This document shows, piece by piece, positions 10,047 through 20,947 of a DNA stretch of 64,000 bases. The notes under the pieces are model-generated. The model was not told where the DNA came from, searched no databases, and saw only the letters and a list, made by a program, of their open reading frames with translations. Origin of the DNA: Clostridia bacterium (GTDB lineage: Bacteria; Bacillota; Clostridia; UMGS1883; UMGS1540); the NCBI GenBank assembly GCA_045592445.1, contig JAZNUV010000040.1, positions 864 through 64,863 on the forward strand, written 5' to 3'. The position numbers and the translations under genes are program-made. Position 1 is the stretch's first letter, and each line of letters starts with the position of its first letter.

Positions 10047-12252
10047 TAAAAATACCTTCTATCTTTCGTGCAAGACCGGAAAACCGCGCAGTTTGGCGGT
10101 TATTGCTTATCATAGTCTCCATCGCATGCTCGCGGCCAATTAGAATTGCCAGTTTTTTTGCGCGTGTTACAGCCGTATACAACAAATTTCTGCACATAAG
10201 CTGTGGCGCAACAGGATACATTGGAATTATAACTGCTTCAAATTCACTACCCTGGCTTTTATGCACAGTTACGGCATACGCAAGCTCCAGTTCCTCCAGT
10301 TGTGTAAAGTCATAACGAATAATTCTTTCTCCGTCATAACAAACTTCTAAGTATTGCCCTTGTAAATTTACGTGTTGAATAATACCAACATCTCCGTTAA
10401 ATGCACCTTCACCGCTTAAGCTATTATCCGCATTGTGCCACATAATATCATAATTATTTCGCACTTGCATGACTTTATCTCCCTCACGGTATATCATTTC
10501 CCCTACTGTTTTTTCGTTTTTATCTGGCGAAGGCGGATTTAAACATGCCTGTAAATGTTTATTTAATACCGTAACCCCAAGCGCAGTTTTCTTAGAAGGG
10601 CAAATAACCTGAATTTGTGAAATAGCGTCAAAATTGTACGCGCGCGGCAAACGCACAGAGCAAAGATCTCCGATTATATTTTGAATATCTTTCGCATCCT
10701 CATGATGCATAAAAAAGAAATCCTTATTCTTTTGATTTAAAATCGGTCGTTCACCATTATTAATCTTATGCGCATTCACGACAATCATACTTTCTGCCGC
10801 TTGTCGATATATATCTGTTAATTTGCAAACCGGAACCTTTCCGCTTTGAATCATATCGCGGAGAACATTGCCCGCCCCTACAGACGTAAGCTGGTCTGCA
10901 TCACCAACCATAATCAGTCTACACCCAGGGCGTAAGGCACGTAAGAGAGCATACATGAGTTGTATGTCCACCATGCTCATTTCATCTACAATAATGACAT
11001 CTTCATCAAGCGGAACCTCTTCATTTCGCCCGAAAATTTGGTTTGTTCCTTCACCTGAGAAATTTAATTCCAAAAGGCGATGTACCGTTTTTGCATCCAT
11101 TCCGCATGTTTCTGCCAAACGCTTAGCAGCACGGCCGGTCGGCGCACAAAGTGCAACAGAAAGTCCAGCGGATTGCATAATATCTATCACTGCATTTATT
11201 ACTGTCGTTTTTCCAGTCCCAGGACCACCCGTAATAATAGCTGCGCCTTCATTCATCACAGAAACACAAGCTGAGCGCTGTTCTTTTGAGAGCGTTATGC
11301 CGCATCTTGATTCCGCAGATAACACAGCGGCCTCCGCCGATACACCAATCGAAGTTCTTTTCCCTTCCATAATGGCATAGAGTCTGCGTGCGACACCCAC
11401 TTCAGCATGGAAGAAAACAGGTAAATAAATAAATGTTTCATCGCCGCATACTTCTTGAATCAAGGCTCCGGTAAGGAGCATCCCGGAAATTGCATTTTCA
11501 ATCGCCGTCATATCTGCGCCGAGCATATCTTTTGCAATCCGAACAAGCTGTGCAAACGGTAAATACGTATGTCCGCTACCTGCACTCTCTTTTAAAACGA
11601 AAATAATTCCGCTTCGCATGCGGGATGCATCACATGCATCTACGCCCATTTGCATTGCTATTTTATCTGCTGTTTTAAACCCAATCCCATCTATGTCGCA
11701 TAAAACATATGGGTTTTTTTCGATTTCTGCAATTGCAGAAATGCCAAATTTTTTATATACTTTTACAGCAAAATTTGCTGTTACACCATAAGGTTGGAGA
11801 AACATAACCACACTCTGTACCGTCTGTTTCTCTAAAATAGACGCTTGCATCTCCTCAGCCTTTTTCCGACTAATTCCTTTTATTTTTGCAAGTTCATTCG
11901 GCATATCCCGTATGACCACAAGTGCATCCTCACCAAAGCGCGAAACGATTTTCTGCGCGGTAGCAGGTCCAATTCCTTTAATGATGCCCGATGATAAATA
12001 CATTAGAATTTGTTTTTTCCCCGTTGGCAAAATTCTTTCAAAAAAATCGACTTTAAACTGTTCTCCATATTCCGCATGGCTTGTCCATTTTCCGGTAAGC
12101 CGTACACTTTCACCCGGTGCAAGACCTGGCATATTGCCGACAGCAGTAGAAAAAACACCATCCACGTCAATATCGCAAACGGTATATCCGTTTGCGATAT
12201 TGGAAAATATGATTTCTTCTACTACTCCCTCTATGACGATGGTTTCCGCCAT
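10039..12252 (-). CDS. recD2: ATP-dependent RecD-like DNA helicase (RecD2)
   Basis: 737 aa with GGPGTGKTT Walker A, helicase motifs and a RecD2-type N-terminal extension. Confidence 0.9.
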   Translation of the reverse strand: MAETIVIEGVVEEIIFSNIANGYTVCDIDVDGVFSTAVGNMPGLAPGESVRLTGKWTSHAEYGEQFKVDFFERILPTGKKQILMYLSSGIIKGIGPATAQKIVSRFGEDALVVIRDMPNELAKIKGISRKKAEEMQASILEKQTVQSVVMFLQPYGVTANFAVKVYKKFGISAIAEIEKNPYVLCDIDGIGFKTADKIAMQMGVDACDASRMRSGIIFVLKESAGSGHTYLPFAQLVRIAKDMLGADMTAIENAISGMLLTGALIQEVCGDETFIYLPVFFHAEVGVARRLYAIMEGKRTSIGVSAEAAVLSAESRCGITLSKEQRSACVSVMNEGAAIITGGPGTGKTTVINAVIDIMQSAGLSVALCAPTGRAAKRLAETCGMDAKTVHRLLELNFSGEGTNQIFGRNEEVPLDEDVIIVDEMSMVDIQLMYALLRALRPGCRLIMVGDADQLTSVGAGNVLRDMIQSGKVPVCKLTDIYRQAAESMIVVNAHKINNGERPILNQKNKDFFFMHHEDAKDIQNIIGDLCSVRLPRAYNFDAISQIQVICPSKKTALGVTVLNKHLQACLNPPSPDKNEKTVGEMIYREGDKVMQVRNNYDIMWHNADNSLSGEGAFNGDVGIIQHVNLQGQYLEVCYDGERIIRYDFTQLEELELAYAVTVHKSQGSEFEAVIIPMYPVAPQLMCRNLLYTAVTRAKKLAILIGREHAMETMISNNRQTARFSGLARKIEGIFNV

Positions 12253-12269
12253 AAAATCCCTCTCTTTGG

Positions 12270-12542
12270 TTACTCTTTTCGTTCAATGCCAAAGCGTCTG
12301 CAAATTGCATTTATATATATGTTGTCTTGCCCTTTTACATATACACTTGCATTCTCAAAATATTTTTCTGCAAGCCGTTTGGCCGTTATAACTGCATTTT
12401 CCACATCCTCCGGAACATCATCGCCGCTTATGATAATCTCAACATATGTACGCGCCGGTACTGTGATTGCACGAATCAACAAAACGACGGTCCATACCAA
12501 AAGCAGGGTGATAAGGAGTGGTATTCCATACTGCATAAGCAT
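12270..12542 (-). CDS. small membrane protein, unknown function
   Basis: 90 aa with one N-terminal TM helix; strong GGAGG RBS 8 nt upstream of the ATG. Confidence 0.5.
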   Translation of the reverse strand: MLMQYGIPLLITLLLVWTVVLLIRAITVPARTYVEIIISGDDVPEDVENAVITAKRLAEKYFENASVYVKGQDNIYINAICRRFGIERKE

Positions 12543-12593
12543 ACTACTCGCCTCCTGCTTCTATTGTATGCATCAAAAGCTCGCTTGGTGTCT

Positions 12594-13757
12594 TTAGAGT
12601 AATGCGTCCTTAAGTGCATCAGCCATATCTGTCTTTTCCCACGGGTATGCAGAATTTCCAAAATGCCCGTATGCAGCGGTTTGTGCAAAAATCGGGCGAC
12701 GAAGTCCCAGTTTTTCAATCATTCCATCCGGCCGCATATCAAATAATGCACTAACTGTTTCTGTAAGTTTTTCTTCTGAAACCTTTCCTGTACCAAATGT
12801 ATCCACCCGAAGGGATACAGGGCGTGCAACGCCAATTGCATATGCTGCCTGTAATTCGCATCTGTCTGCAAGACCTGCCGCTGTGATATTTTTTGCAATA
12901 TAACGGAGCATGTATGCTGCTGTTCTATCTACTTTTGTTGCATCTTTTCCAGACAATGCTCCACCGCCGTGGCGTGCAAAGCCACCGTACGTATCAACAA
13001 TAATTTTACGCCCTGTAAGGCCGGTATCTCCATGCGGACCACCTACAACAAAACGACCGGTCGGGTTAATAAATATTTTCGTATTATCATCAAGAAGAGC
13101 GCCGGGCACAACAGGTTTTATAACGGTTTCATAAATATCCGCACGCAACTTTTCAATATCTACATCAGGGTCATGTTGCGCAGAAATAACAATTGCCTCC
13201 ACACGTTTTACAACATTGCCGTCATATTCTACTGTAACCTGACTTTTTCCGTCCGGTCTTAAATATAAAAGTGTTCCATCTTCCCGCACCGCGGAAAGAC
13301 GGCGTGTAAGCGCGTGTGCAAGTGCAATTGGAAGCGGCATAAATTCCTCTGTTTCATTGCAGGCATATCCAAACATAAGCCCTTGGTCACCCGCGCCAAG
13401 TTCTTGTATGCCACCCAGCTTTGATTCATATGAGTTATCTACGCCCATCGCAATATCAGGCGACTGCTCACGTATACAGTTTAAAACTGCACACGTTTCC
13501 GCGTCAAAACCATAACTTGCTTTGTTATAACCAATTTCTCGAATGGTTTGTCTTGCAATATTTGCAATATCCACATAACAGTTTGTCGTAATTTCTCCCA
13601 TAACCATCACAAGACCAGTTGTTGCTGCCACCTCACAAGCAACACGTGCGGTAGGGTCCTGTGCCAAGATAGCATCCAAAACGCTGTCCGATACTTTATC
13701 ACACAACTTATCGGGATGTCCCGCTGTTACAGATTCTGAAGTAAAATAGTGTTTCAT
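12594..13757 (-). CDS. metK: S-adenosylmethionine synthase (methionine adenosyltransferase)
   Basis: [16 protein letters not shown] signature and GGGAFSGKD motif. The track's M1 is GTG; trimmed to ATG ([10 protein letters not shown]) with a GAGAAAGAAGAG RBS. Confidence 0.95.
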   Translation of the reverse strand: MKHYFTSESVTAGHPDKLCDKVSDSVLDAILAQDPTARVACEVAATTGLVMVMGEITTNCYVDIANIARQTIREIGYNKASYGFDAETCAVLNCIREQSPDIAMGVDNSYESKLGGIQELGAGDQGLMFGYACNETEEFMPLPIALAHALTRRLSAVREDGTLLYLRPDGKSQVTVEYDGNVVKRVEAIVISAQHDPDVDIEKLRADIYETVIKPVVPGALLDDNTKIFINPTGRFVVGGPHGDTGLTGRKIIVDTYGGFARHGGGALSGKDATKVDRTAAYMLRYIAKNITAAGLADRCELQAAYAIGVARPVSLRVDTFGTGKVSEEKLTETVSALFDMRPDGMIEKLGLRRPIFAQTAAYGHFGNSAYPWEKTDMADALKDALL

Positions 13758-13810
13758 AATGGTACTCTTCTTTCTCACAAATTAAATCGTATTTTATTCC
13801 ATACTTTTAT

Positions 13811-13842
13811 TTTATTATATCTTTTTTTACAGGAATTGTCAA
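13811..13842 (-). promoter_or_regulatory. sigma-A consensus promoter of metK (TTGACA-17-TATAAT)
   Basis: Minus-strand TTGACA at 13842..13837 and TATAAT at 13819..13814, with exact 17-nt spacing. Confidence 0.6.
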
Positions 13843-13951
13843 TCCTTTTACAGCAAAATATACTTATAGATTTTAATTAAAATTTCAAAAAATGTTTTCT
13901 TTTTAAAGAAGAAATGATATAATGAAAAAAAAGTCATGCGGAGGTTTATAT

Positions 13952-14788
13952 ATGTTTTATATTGGATGCCATTTATCATCATCTGATGGTTTCGCTGCCA
14001 TGGGTCGTACTGCCCTTTCCATTGGTGCAAATACCTTTCAGTTTTTTTCAAGAAATCCACGTGGCGGTGCAGCCAAACCAATGGATATAGAGGATGCCGC
14101 TGCACTCATGGCACTTTGTAAAGAAAATAATTTTGGCCCGCTTTTGGTTCATGCGCCATATACTTTAAACGCCTGCTCAAAGGATAATAAAATCCGTGAT
14201 TTCGCACGCCTTACATTTGAAGACGATTTAGCGAGACTTCAATATTTGCCCGGTAATCTATATAACTTCCATCCGGGCAGTCATGTTGGACAAGGCGTAG
14301 AAACGGGCATTATTCAAATTACGGAAATATTAAATGATGTCTTATTTAAAGAACAAAAAACCACTGTTCTTTTGGAAACAATGGCAGGCAAAGGTTCTGA
14401 AGTTTGCAGCAAATTCGAAGAAATACGCTCCATTATTGATGGTGTTACACTTTCTGACAAGCTCGGTGTATGCCTTGATACTTGCCATGTGTATGACGCT
14501 GGTTATGATATTGTTAATGATTTAAATGGTGTATTAGAAGAGTTTGACCGAATTATAGGCCTTTCCCGACTTCGTGCCATACACCTAAACGACAGCATGA
14601 ATCCCTTTTCAAGCCACAAAGACCGACACCAAAACATAGGACATGGTTCATTGGGGCTTGATGCGATACAGGCTATAATCAACCATCCCTTGCTTCGCCA
14701 TTTGCCTTTTTATTTGGAAACCCCTACAGATGATGCCGGGCATGGCGAGGAAATCGCTCTTTTGAAAACCTTATATAAAGATTCTTGA
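13952..14788 (+). CDS. nfo: deoxyribonuclease IV (endonuclease IV, AP endonuclease)
   Basis: TIM-barrel Nfo pattern (MFYIGCHLS...GANTFQFF...HAPY...HPGSH...LETMAGKG...CLDTCH). Start trimmed to ATG 13952 with a GCGGAGG RBS. Confidence 0.9.
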   Translation: MFYIGCHLSSSDGFAAMGRTALSIGANTFQFFSRNPRGGAAKPMDIEDAAALMALCKENNFGPLLVHAPYTLNACSKDNKIRDFARLTFEDDLARLQYLPGNLYNFHPGSHVGQGVETGIIQITEILNDVLFKEQKTTVLLETMAGKGSEVCSKFEEIRSIIDGVTLSDKLGVCLDTCHVYDAGYDIVNDLNGVLEEFDRIIGLSRLRAIHLNDSMNPFSSHKDRHQNIGHGSLGLDAIQAIINHPLLRHLPFYLETPTDDAGHGEEIALLKTLYKDS

Positions 14789-14800
14789 AAAAATATAACG

Positions 14801-14848
14801 ATAGCGCAGTAGATTGACAACTACTGCGCTATTTAATTTGTCTTTTAT
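14801..14848. terminator. bidirectional intrinsic terminator between nfo and the convergent secreted-protein gene
   Basis: Perfect 11-bp stem TAGCGCAGTAG / CTACTGCGCTA with T-rich tracts on both sides. Confidence 0.6.
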
Positions 14849-14861
14849 TTGTGGGTATACA

Positions 14862-15749
14862 CTAATCCCAGAAAAATGTCAATTGCATAATATCTTCATG
14901 TAAAATCAACAACGAAACTCGACGTTGTTCCAAATCATCAATCCGATACTGTTCATAGTCATGCATTGCCGCAGTTGCATCACCACCGGTACGTAGTGTT
15001 TCTGCCATTATCAACATTGTTTCACAGGCATACCGCATATTGACCATTGCCCACCACAGCTCCATGGCTGATTTATCAAAACCATAAGGTTCTTTGTATA
15101 CTTTATAAGCGTCAAACTGCTCTACCATTGTTTTATAAAAAGCCTTAAATGTATCTACTGTTTCCTGCTTGTAGACACCGCTTTGTACCATTTCCAAAAG
15201 AGGCTGCAACGCTCTGTCTCCTTGTGATAATAAAAGCAATCCTCCATAGAAATGCGAGCGAATATACTGGATTTCATCATCAAAGTATTCCGCGTCAAAG
15301 CAGTATACCTCGGCACTTTTATAGTTTGGGTCAAATTGTGCTTCCCCTACCATCGCAATATCACGAAGCCGTACCGCCGTTCTTCCTCCAATATTATAAG
15401 AGGGGATTTCCTTGTCTCGATAATATGTACGAATATCGGTTCTGTAAACATCAAACACTTTTTGCCCAACAGGTCTCGTTTCGCAAGTTGGTATTGTGGG
15501 CGTGACAGGCTTTGTGAAATCCCGATAAAAGTGCACTGTTTTTGTTTCTGCATCCCAATTAACAGTAAACCCAAAATTTTCGAGGTCGCGAACAAGAATC
15601 GCCGTATACCCGTCTATATTATAAGAAGGTACCATGAGGCAATCAATATATGCTTTTATATCGGTCGCATACCCTGTTCCAATAATTTCCGCCTGTACAG
15701 AAAATGGTAAAAGCACACACAAAAGGAGTATACACACTATTTTTTTCAT
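14862..15749 (-). CDS. secreted protein with two copper-amine-oxidase-N-terminal-like repeats and an uncharacterized C-terminal domain
   Basis: Cleavable signal peptide MKKIVCILLLCVLLPFSVQA; two roughly 35-aa repeats (IPSYNIDGYTAILVRDLENFGFTVNWDAETKTV and IPSYNIGGRTAVRLRDIAMVGEAQFDPNYKSAEV); AAGGAGAG RBS. Confidence 0.6.
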   Translation of the reverse strand: MKKIVCILLLCVLLPFSVQAEIIGTGYATDIKAYIDCLMVPSYNIDGYTAILVRDLENFGFTVNWDAETKTVHFYRDFTKPVTPTIPTCETRPVGQKVFDVYRTDIRTYYRDKEIPSYNIGGRTAVRLRDIAMVGEAQFDPNYKSAEVYCFDAEYFDDEIQYIRSHFYGGLLLLSQGDRALQPLLEMVQSGVYKQETVDTFKAFYKTMVEQFDAYKVYKEPYGFDKSAMELWWAMVNMRYACETMLIMAETLRTGGDATAAMHDYEQYRIDDLEQRRVSLLILHEDIMQLTFFWD

Positions 15750-15787
15750 AAAAATGCTCTCCTTGTTTTTCTTTTGTCATACTGACA

Positions 15788-17521
15788 TCATAAGCCCGTA
15801 TCAGACAGTTCTGGTTCCACCGGTTCCTCTGTTTCTGTCGGTTGCAAAGATGGTTCTGTCGTTTCTATTGGAGTCTCTTGCGGTCTTTCCTCCGTTGGCA
15901 ACTCTGTTGAAGGCGTTGGTGACGGTGAGGGTTCCGCCGTCGGTTCTAAGGGAGCAGGTTCACCTGTTCCAACACGTACTTCTTGTATGTTTCCGCGATA
16001 TACACTACGGGATAAATAGATGCGTTCCTCCTCTGCATTATCACGTTTTACAATTTTATACGTATCAACAATATAACCTGATGTGCCCTTTTTCTCTATT
16101 TTTTCTTCACCCTTCGGAAGCGTCGGATCTTCTATTTTCTTTATCGGCGGATCTGTGTGTCCGATTGTCTCTGTGTGAAATTCAACCTTAAGACTTTTAT
16201 CTTCTTTATAGCCTTGTACAGCAGTATACATAACGCCATTCTCTGCAGTACATACTATTTTTATCGGATATGCCGTACTATTTTTAAATTTAAAATCAAT
16301 ATTTCCGTAATCAACTGTTGCGTCTCTTCCGAGTGGAACATAAGAAACTGTCAATTGATGATTGAGTCGTTCTACAATTTCCAGGTTTGCATATACAACC
16401 GCATTGTAAAGTGTAGAAGATACTTGACAAATTCCGCCTCCAAGGCCATCCACGCTTTCACCATTTATATATACCTTGGCAGTTTGATATCCTTCGCTAT
16501 AGCTTCTTTCCCCAACTACATCATTATAGGAAAAAATTTCACCCGGTGCCAAAATTGTTCCATTTATTTTTTTTGATGCCAATGCAATATTTTTGGTACG
16601 GCCGACATCACCAGCATTGAATTTCGAAGAAAACTCACCAATTGTTTCACTAAAAAGTTTTTCTTCAATATCCTCCGTTGTAACGGAAGGTTTTTGTATG
16701 GAAAGTGGTATAACGAATTTTTCTCCATATCCACGGTGCGCCTCAATTAAGCGTTTTGCTTCATTCTTATCAAAGGTCATCCCGACAACATGCGGAGACA
16801 TCTTTACCTTTCCATCTTCAATCGTATAAAACGCATCTGATTTTTCCGCGTATATTGCATCAAATAATACATCGACATCAATTTCCGAAGGATTGCGCGT
16901 CTCTTTTTTAAATAGAATGGGTTTATGCGTTTCACCGACAGACAGCGCATGCAATATCGCATCAGAAACAGTTTTTGTATTTGGCAAAAGACCGGGCACG
17001 CCGGTTGTTACTGTTAGATTATCATTTTCAACAACATAGGAGTAATCGGTCACACAATCGTCGATACCATGCATAAGAGATGCAAGAACTGTATGGTAGG
17101 CTTCTTCATCGTAAGAAATCTGCGCCATTATATTTTTCTTTCCAAACCATGTACGCATCGCGGCTTTAATTCTTTGAAAATAGCTCCCTTCACGCGCATA
17201 ACGGCCTGCTAATTTAGCAGATTCCTCATAGTCATAGGATGCCAAGAATTCAGAAGGCTTAATTTCTTTTGTTATATCGCCTAATATAATTTGAATCGAT
17301 TTATCAAAAACAGACTCATCCATGTTATTTCGTAATTTTTCAGCCGCCTCATCTTCTGTAAGTCCCGATAATGATACATCTGCCACGGCCACGCCGCGAC
17401 AGATTTTATTACCACTGCCATACGCGCGGAACGTGGCCGCGCCCAAGAGAATGACCATAGCAAGTAAAAAAAGCAGTAAATATATCATCCATCTTTTAAA
17501 CTTCAAAATGTATACCCCCAT
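15788..17521 (-). CDS. VanW family protein, membrane-anchored, with C-terminal Pro/Thr/Glu-rich tail
   Basis: N-terminal TM segment; VanW core motif GGGICQVSSTLYNA; about 60-aa low-complexity tail. Confidence 0.75.
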   Translation of the reverse strand: MGVYILKFKRWMIYLLLFLLAMVILLGAATFRAYGSGNKICRGVAVADVSLSGLTEDEAAEKLRNNMDESVFDKSIQIILGDITKEIKPSEFLASYDYEESAKLAGRYAREGSYFQRIKAAMRTWFGKKNIMAQISYDEEAYHTVLASLMHGIDDCVTDYSYVVENDNLTVTTGVPGLLPNTKTVSDAILHALSVGETHKPILFKKETRNPSEIDVDVLFDAIYAEKSDAFYTIEDGKVKMSPHVVGMTFDKNEAKRLIEAHRGYGEKFVIPLSIQKPSVTTEDIEEKLFSETIGEFSSKFNAGDVGRTKNIALASKKINGTILAPGEIFSYNDVVGERSYSEGYQTAKVYINGESVDGLGGGICQVSSTLYNAVVYANLEIVERLNHQLTVSYVPLGRDATVDYGNIDFKFKNSTAYPIKIVCTAENGVMYTAVQGYKEDKSLKVEFHTETIGHTDPPIKKIEDPTLPKGEEKIEKKGTSGYIVDTYKIVKRDNAEEERIYLSRSVYRGNIQEVRVGTGEPAPLEPTAEPSPSPTPSTELPTEERPQETPIETTEPSLQPTETEEPVEPELSDTGL

Positions 17522-17684
17522 TGTTCATCTGTAGTATTTTATTCCTTCTTTTTTTATATTATAACAGTATTTTAAATGTAAGTAAATAAGTATTTCATAA
17601 AAAAATAATAATTTAATAAAATTTGTACAGTTTATTTAAAATACTGTTATAAATCAAAAATTTTTTAATGTAATTGTATTGTAA

Positions 17685-17717
17685 AGCGGATACATGCAAT
17701 ATAGCATACATCCGCTT
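17685..17717 (-). terminator. hairpin downstream of gatB (putative gatCAB terminator)
   Basis: AGCGGATACATGC / GCATACATCCGCT imperfect 13-bp stem; its outer arms match the 25-nt palindrome at 62446 and 62618. Confidence 0.45.
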
Positions 17718-17723
17718 CTCTTC

Positions 17724-19163
17724 CTATGCTTTCATTTCATTTAATATTTCACACAGTTTAGTCTGAATGATACCAGGATTCGCCTTCCCTTTTGATGCAC
17801 GCATAATTTGTCCTGTTAAAAAGCCAATTGCGCGCTCTTTTCCTGCATGATAATCTGCAACCGCTGCAGCATTTAATGCAAGCACCTCTTTGATGAGAGA
17901 CAAAATTGCACCTTCATCGCTGATTTGCGCAAGGCCTTCTGCTTCTACAATCTCCTTTGCCGAACAGGAAATATCAAACATTTTAGGAAGTACCTGTTTT
18001 GCAATTGTACCGCTTATTGTTCCACTTTCAATTAAAGATATCAGTTCTGCAAGTGCTTTTCCGCCAAAGGGAATTTCCGTTGCATCCATAAGGCGTTCAT
18101 TCATAATTTTACTGATTTCACCCAAAAGCCAGTTGGATACAATTTTGGGTTTTACGTTACACTGTACTGTTTCCTCAAATAAATCCGAAAGACCTTTGGA
18201 GGCACCGATAAGTGACGCATCATACGCAGGCAAATCAAATTCTGCCATATAACGCCGTTTTTTCTCCTGCGGTAATTCGGGTAAAGAATCTTTAATAGAA
18301 TCTATCCATGCTGTATCTACATGTATCGGCATTAAATCCGGTTCGGGGAAATATCTGTAATCTTGTGCTTCTTCTTTCGAACGCATCAAAATGCTCATGC
18401 CTTTTGCGTCATCCCACCGCCTGGTTTCTTGTTCAACTACGCCACCCGATTCAAGAATCGAAATTTGACGGTCACGCTCAAAACGGATAGCCCGTACAGC
18501 AGCTCGGAATGAGTTTACGTTTTTACATTCACTGCGAACGCCAAATTCTTTTTGACCAAACGGACGCACTGAAACATTGATATCACAGCGCAAAGAGCCT
18601 TCCTGCATCTTGCAATCAGATACACCTATGGCCTGCAAAATAGATTTAATCGATTCCAAAAACGCCATTGCCTCTTCCGGAGAGCGCATATCGGGTTCGC
18701 TAACAATTTCAATCAGCGGAACGCCGCCACGGTTATAGTCAACAAGCGAGAAGTTTCCACCTTCTGCATGTAAAAGTTTTCCGGCATCTTCCTCAATATG
18801 AATCCGTGTTATCCCTATTTTTTTTGTATCTTCTTCCGTATCAATTTCAACAAATCCATCATAGCACAAAGGCAAATCAAATTGGGAAATCTGGTATGCT
18901 TTCGGCAAATCCGGATAAAAATAGTTTTTTCTGTCCTGCTTACACGTGGTTGCAATATTGCAGTGCATCGCAAGGCCCGCCTTAATGGCATAGTCAGCTA
19001 CGCGCCGATTCAGCACCGGCAATGTACCCGGGAGGCCTATGCAAACCGGGCAACACCGTGTATTCGTGTCTCCACCGAATTGATTGGCACAACTACAATA
19101 TATTTTAGTTTCTGTTGCAAGTTCTGCATGTACTTCAAGACCGATTACTGTTTCATAATTCAT
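17724..19163 (-). CDS. gatB: Asp-tRNA(Asn)/Glu-tRNA(Gln) amidotransferase subunit B
   Basis: [16 protein letters not shown]-terminus and GatB/YqeY C-terminal domain; ATGA overlap with the gatA stop. Confidence 0.95.
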   Translation of the reverse strand: MNYETVIGLEVHAELATETKIYCSCANQFGGDTNTRCCPVCIGLPGTLPVLNRRVADYAIKAGLAMHCNIATTCKQDRKNYFYPDLPKAYQISQFDLPLCYDGFVEIDTEEDTKKIGITRIHIEEDAGKLLHAEGGNFSLVDYNRGGVPLIEIVSEPDMRSPEEAMAFLESIKSILQAIGVSDCKMQEGSLRCDINVSVRPFGQKEFGVRSECKNVNSFRAAVRAIRFERDRQISILESGGVVEQETRRWDDAKGMSILMRSKEEAQDYRYFPEPDLMPIHVDTAWIDSIKDSLPELPQEKKRRYMAEFDLPAYDASLIGASKGLSDLFEETVQCNVKPKIVSNWLLGEISKIMNERLMDATEIPFGGKALAELISLIESGTISGTIAKQVLPKMFDISCSAKEIVEAEGLAQISDEGAILSLIKEVLALNAAAVADYHAGKERAIGFLTGQIMRASKGKANPGIIQTKLCEILNEMKA

Positions 19164-20626
19164 GCCAATTCCCCTCCTATCGGCAAAAACGCACCACATT
19201 GTTCAAGTGCATATGCAGCGTGTAATACTGTTGCATCATGCATTCTATCTCCAATCAGTTGTACACCGATTGGTAAACCTTTTGCATCACAGCCGCACGG
19301 TAAACTTAGTGCCGGCAACCCTGCTATGTTTACAGAAACGGTACATATATCTGCCAAATACATTTGCAATGGATCCTCTGACTTCTCTCCGAATTTCCAT
19401 GCCGTACAAGGAGATGTTGGTGTTAGAATCGTATCACATTTTTCGAACACACGAGAAAAATCTTTGCAAATAAGTGTACGCGCCTTTTGTGCCTTTTTAT
19501 AATATGCATCATAGTATCCGCTGCTCAGAACAAACGTACCCAGCATGATGCGACGTTTAACTTCATCCCCAAAGCCTTCGCTTCTTGTCTTTAAAAACAG
19601 TTCCTCTAAATCTTTGCAATTTTCAGCACGAAAACCGTAGCGAACACCATCATATCTAGCGAGATTTGAACTTGCTTCCGCAGAAGAAATCATATAATAC
19701 GTTTCTAATGCATGAGGTAACATCGGGAGTGAACATTCAATAATCTCAGCACCCATCTTTTCATATGCCCGAGCTGCGGCTAAAACGGTTTCCTTTATAT
19801 CCGCATCAATTGCGCCCTCTATGTATTCCTTTGGCAGACCAATTCGCATAGATTTGCAGTCGCTATTTAATGCGCTTGTAAAATCCATTCCATCATACGA
19901 AAGAGAGGTTGAGTCCTTTTCATCCTTACCTGCAATGGATTGTAACACGATTGCACAGTCCTGCACATCTTTCGTAAGCGGACCAATTTGGTCAAGCGAA
20001 GATGCAAATGCAACTAAACCATAACGCGAAACAAGGCCATATGTCGGTTTCATACCGACCACGCCACAAAGTGCAGCGGGTTGACGAATCGAACCACCTG
20101 TATCTGAGCCGAGAGCAAAAACTGCTTCATTTGCAGCAACTGCAGCCGCCGAACCACCGGAAGATCCGCCCGGAACACAGGCAGTATTTCTCGGATTTTT
20201 TGTTTTCTTAAAATAGGAATTTTCAGTCGAGGAGCCCATAGCAAACTCATCCATGTTTGCCTTTCCTACCATAACACAGTCTGCCGCTCGCAGTTTTTCA
20301 ACGACAGTTGCGTCATAGGGCGGAACATAGTTCTCAAGCATTTTAGATGCGCATGTCGTTGCTATACCGTTTGTTGAAATATTATCTTTAACTGCCATGG
20401 GTATACCTGCAAGCGGCGAAAGTGTCTCGCCATTTGCAATTTTTTTATCTACAGCATCTGCCGTCCGAAGCGCCTCTTCCTTTGTCAATGTAATAAGACT
20501 ATTTATATTTGGTTCTGTTGTTTCTATATGTTGCAAATGCGCTTTTGTAAGTTCAACCGCAGAAATTTCTCGGCTTTTTAACTTTTCGGACAAAGCGTGT
20601 GCTGTCATTTTACAAAGTGAATGCAT
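19160..20626 (-). CDS. gatA: Asp-tRNA(Asn)/Glu-tRNA(Gln) amidotransferase subunit A
   Basis: Amidase signature [13 protein letters not shown]; position between gatC and gatB. Confidence 0.95.
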   Translation of the reverse strand: MHSLCKMTAHALSEKLKSREISAVELTKAHLQHIETTEPNINSLITLTKEEALRTADAVDKKIANGETLSPLAGIPMAVKDNISTNGIATTCASKMLENYVPPYDATVVEKLRAADCVMVGKANMDEFAMGSSTENSYFKKTKNPRNTACVPGGSSGGSAAAVAANEAVFALGSDTGGSIRQPAALCGVVGMKPTYGLVSRYGLVAFASSLDQIGPLTKDVQDCAIVLQSIAGKDEKDSTSLSYDGMDFTSALNSDCKSMRIGLPKEYIEGAIDADIKETVLAAARAYEKMGAEIIECSLPMLPHALETYYMISSAEASSNLARYDGVRYGFRAENCKDLEELFLKTRSEGFGDEVKRRIMLGTFVLSSGYYDAYYKKAQKARTLICKDFSRVFEKCDTILTPTSPCTAWKFGEKSEDPLQMYLADICTVSVNIAGLPALSLPCGCDAKGLPIGVQLIGDRMHDATVLHAAYALEQCGAFLPIGGELA

Positions 20627-20641
20627 CTCATATCGTCCTTT

Positions 20642-20929
20642 CTATTCAACTGTTTTCGGAACTACAAAACATCCCATCTCTGCCTCGGGCGCATTTTGCA
20701 AAATAGAGTCCGTATCCAATGATGGTTTTACTCTATCATCCCGAAAAACATTATACGTAGCCGATGCAAACATTGTAGGATCTTCAGAATCTGTGTCTAA
20801 TTCGGAAAGTTTATTTGCAAAATCGATGATTTGTGCCATTTCTGTTTGCAGTCTTGTTTTTTCCTCCGATGACAGTGCTAACTTTGACAATTTTGCAAGA
20901 TGTTCGATTTCTTGTATCGTAATCGCCAT
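20642..20929 (-). CDS. gatC: Asp-tRNA(Asn)/Glu-tRNA(Gln) amidotransferase subunit C
   Basis: 95-aa GatC pattern (IEHLAKLSKLALSSEEK...FANKLSELDTD). Confidence 0.9.
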   Translation of the reverse strand: MAITIQEIEHLAKLSKLALSSEEKTRLQTEMAQIIDFANKLSELDTDSEDPTMFASATYNVFRDDRVKPSLDTDSILQNAPEAEMGCFVVPKTVE

Positions 20930-20947
20930 ATTCTTCCCTCTTTCTGT

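Noticed and set aside
10868-11380. 170-aa plus-strand ORF (and similar ones at 12010..12597, 20397..20993, 52866..53543, 37459..38040)
   Set aside because: These are entirely antisense to high-confidence conserved genes (recD2, gatA, ligA, fba). They are low-complexity Ser/Ala/Pro-rich translations typical of antisense frames.
13779-13951. Possible SAM-I riboswitch upstream of metK
   Set aside because: I read the minus-strand leader. It is short, AT-rich and lacks the GC-rich conserved S-box segments. Only a promoter and an RBS are present.
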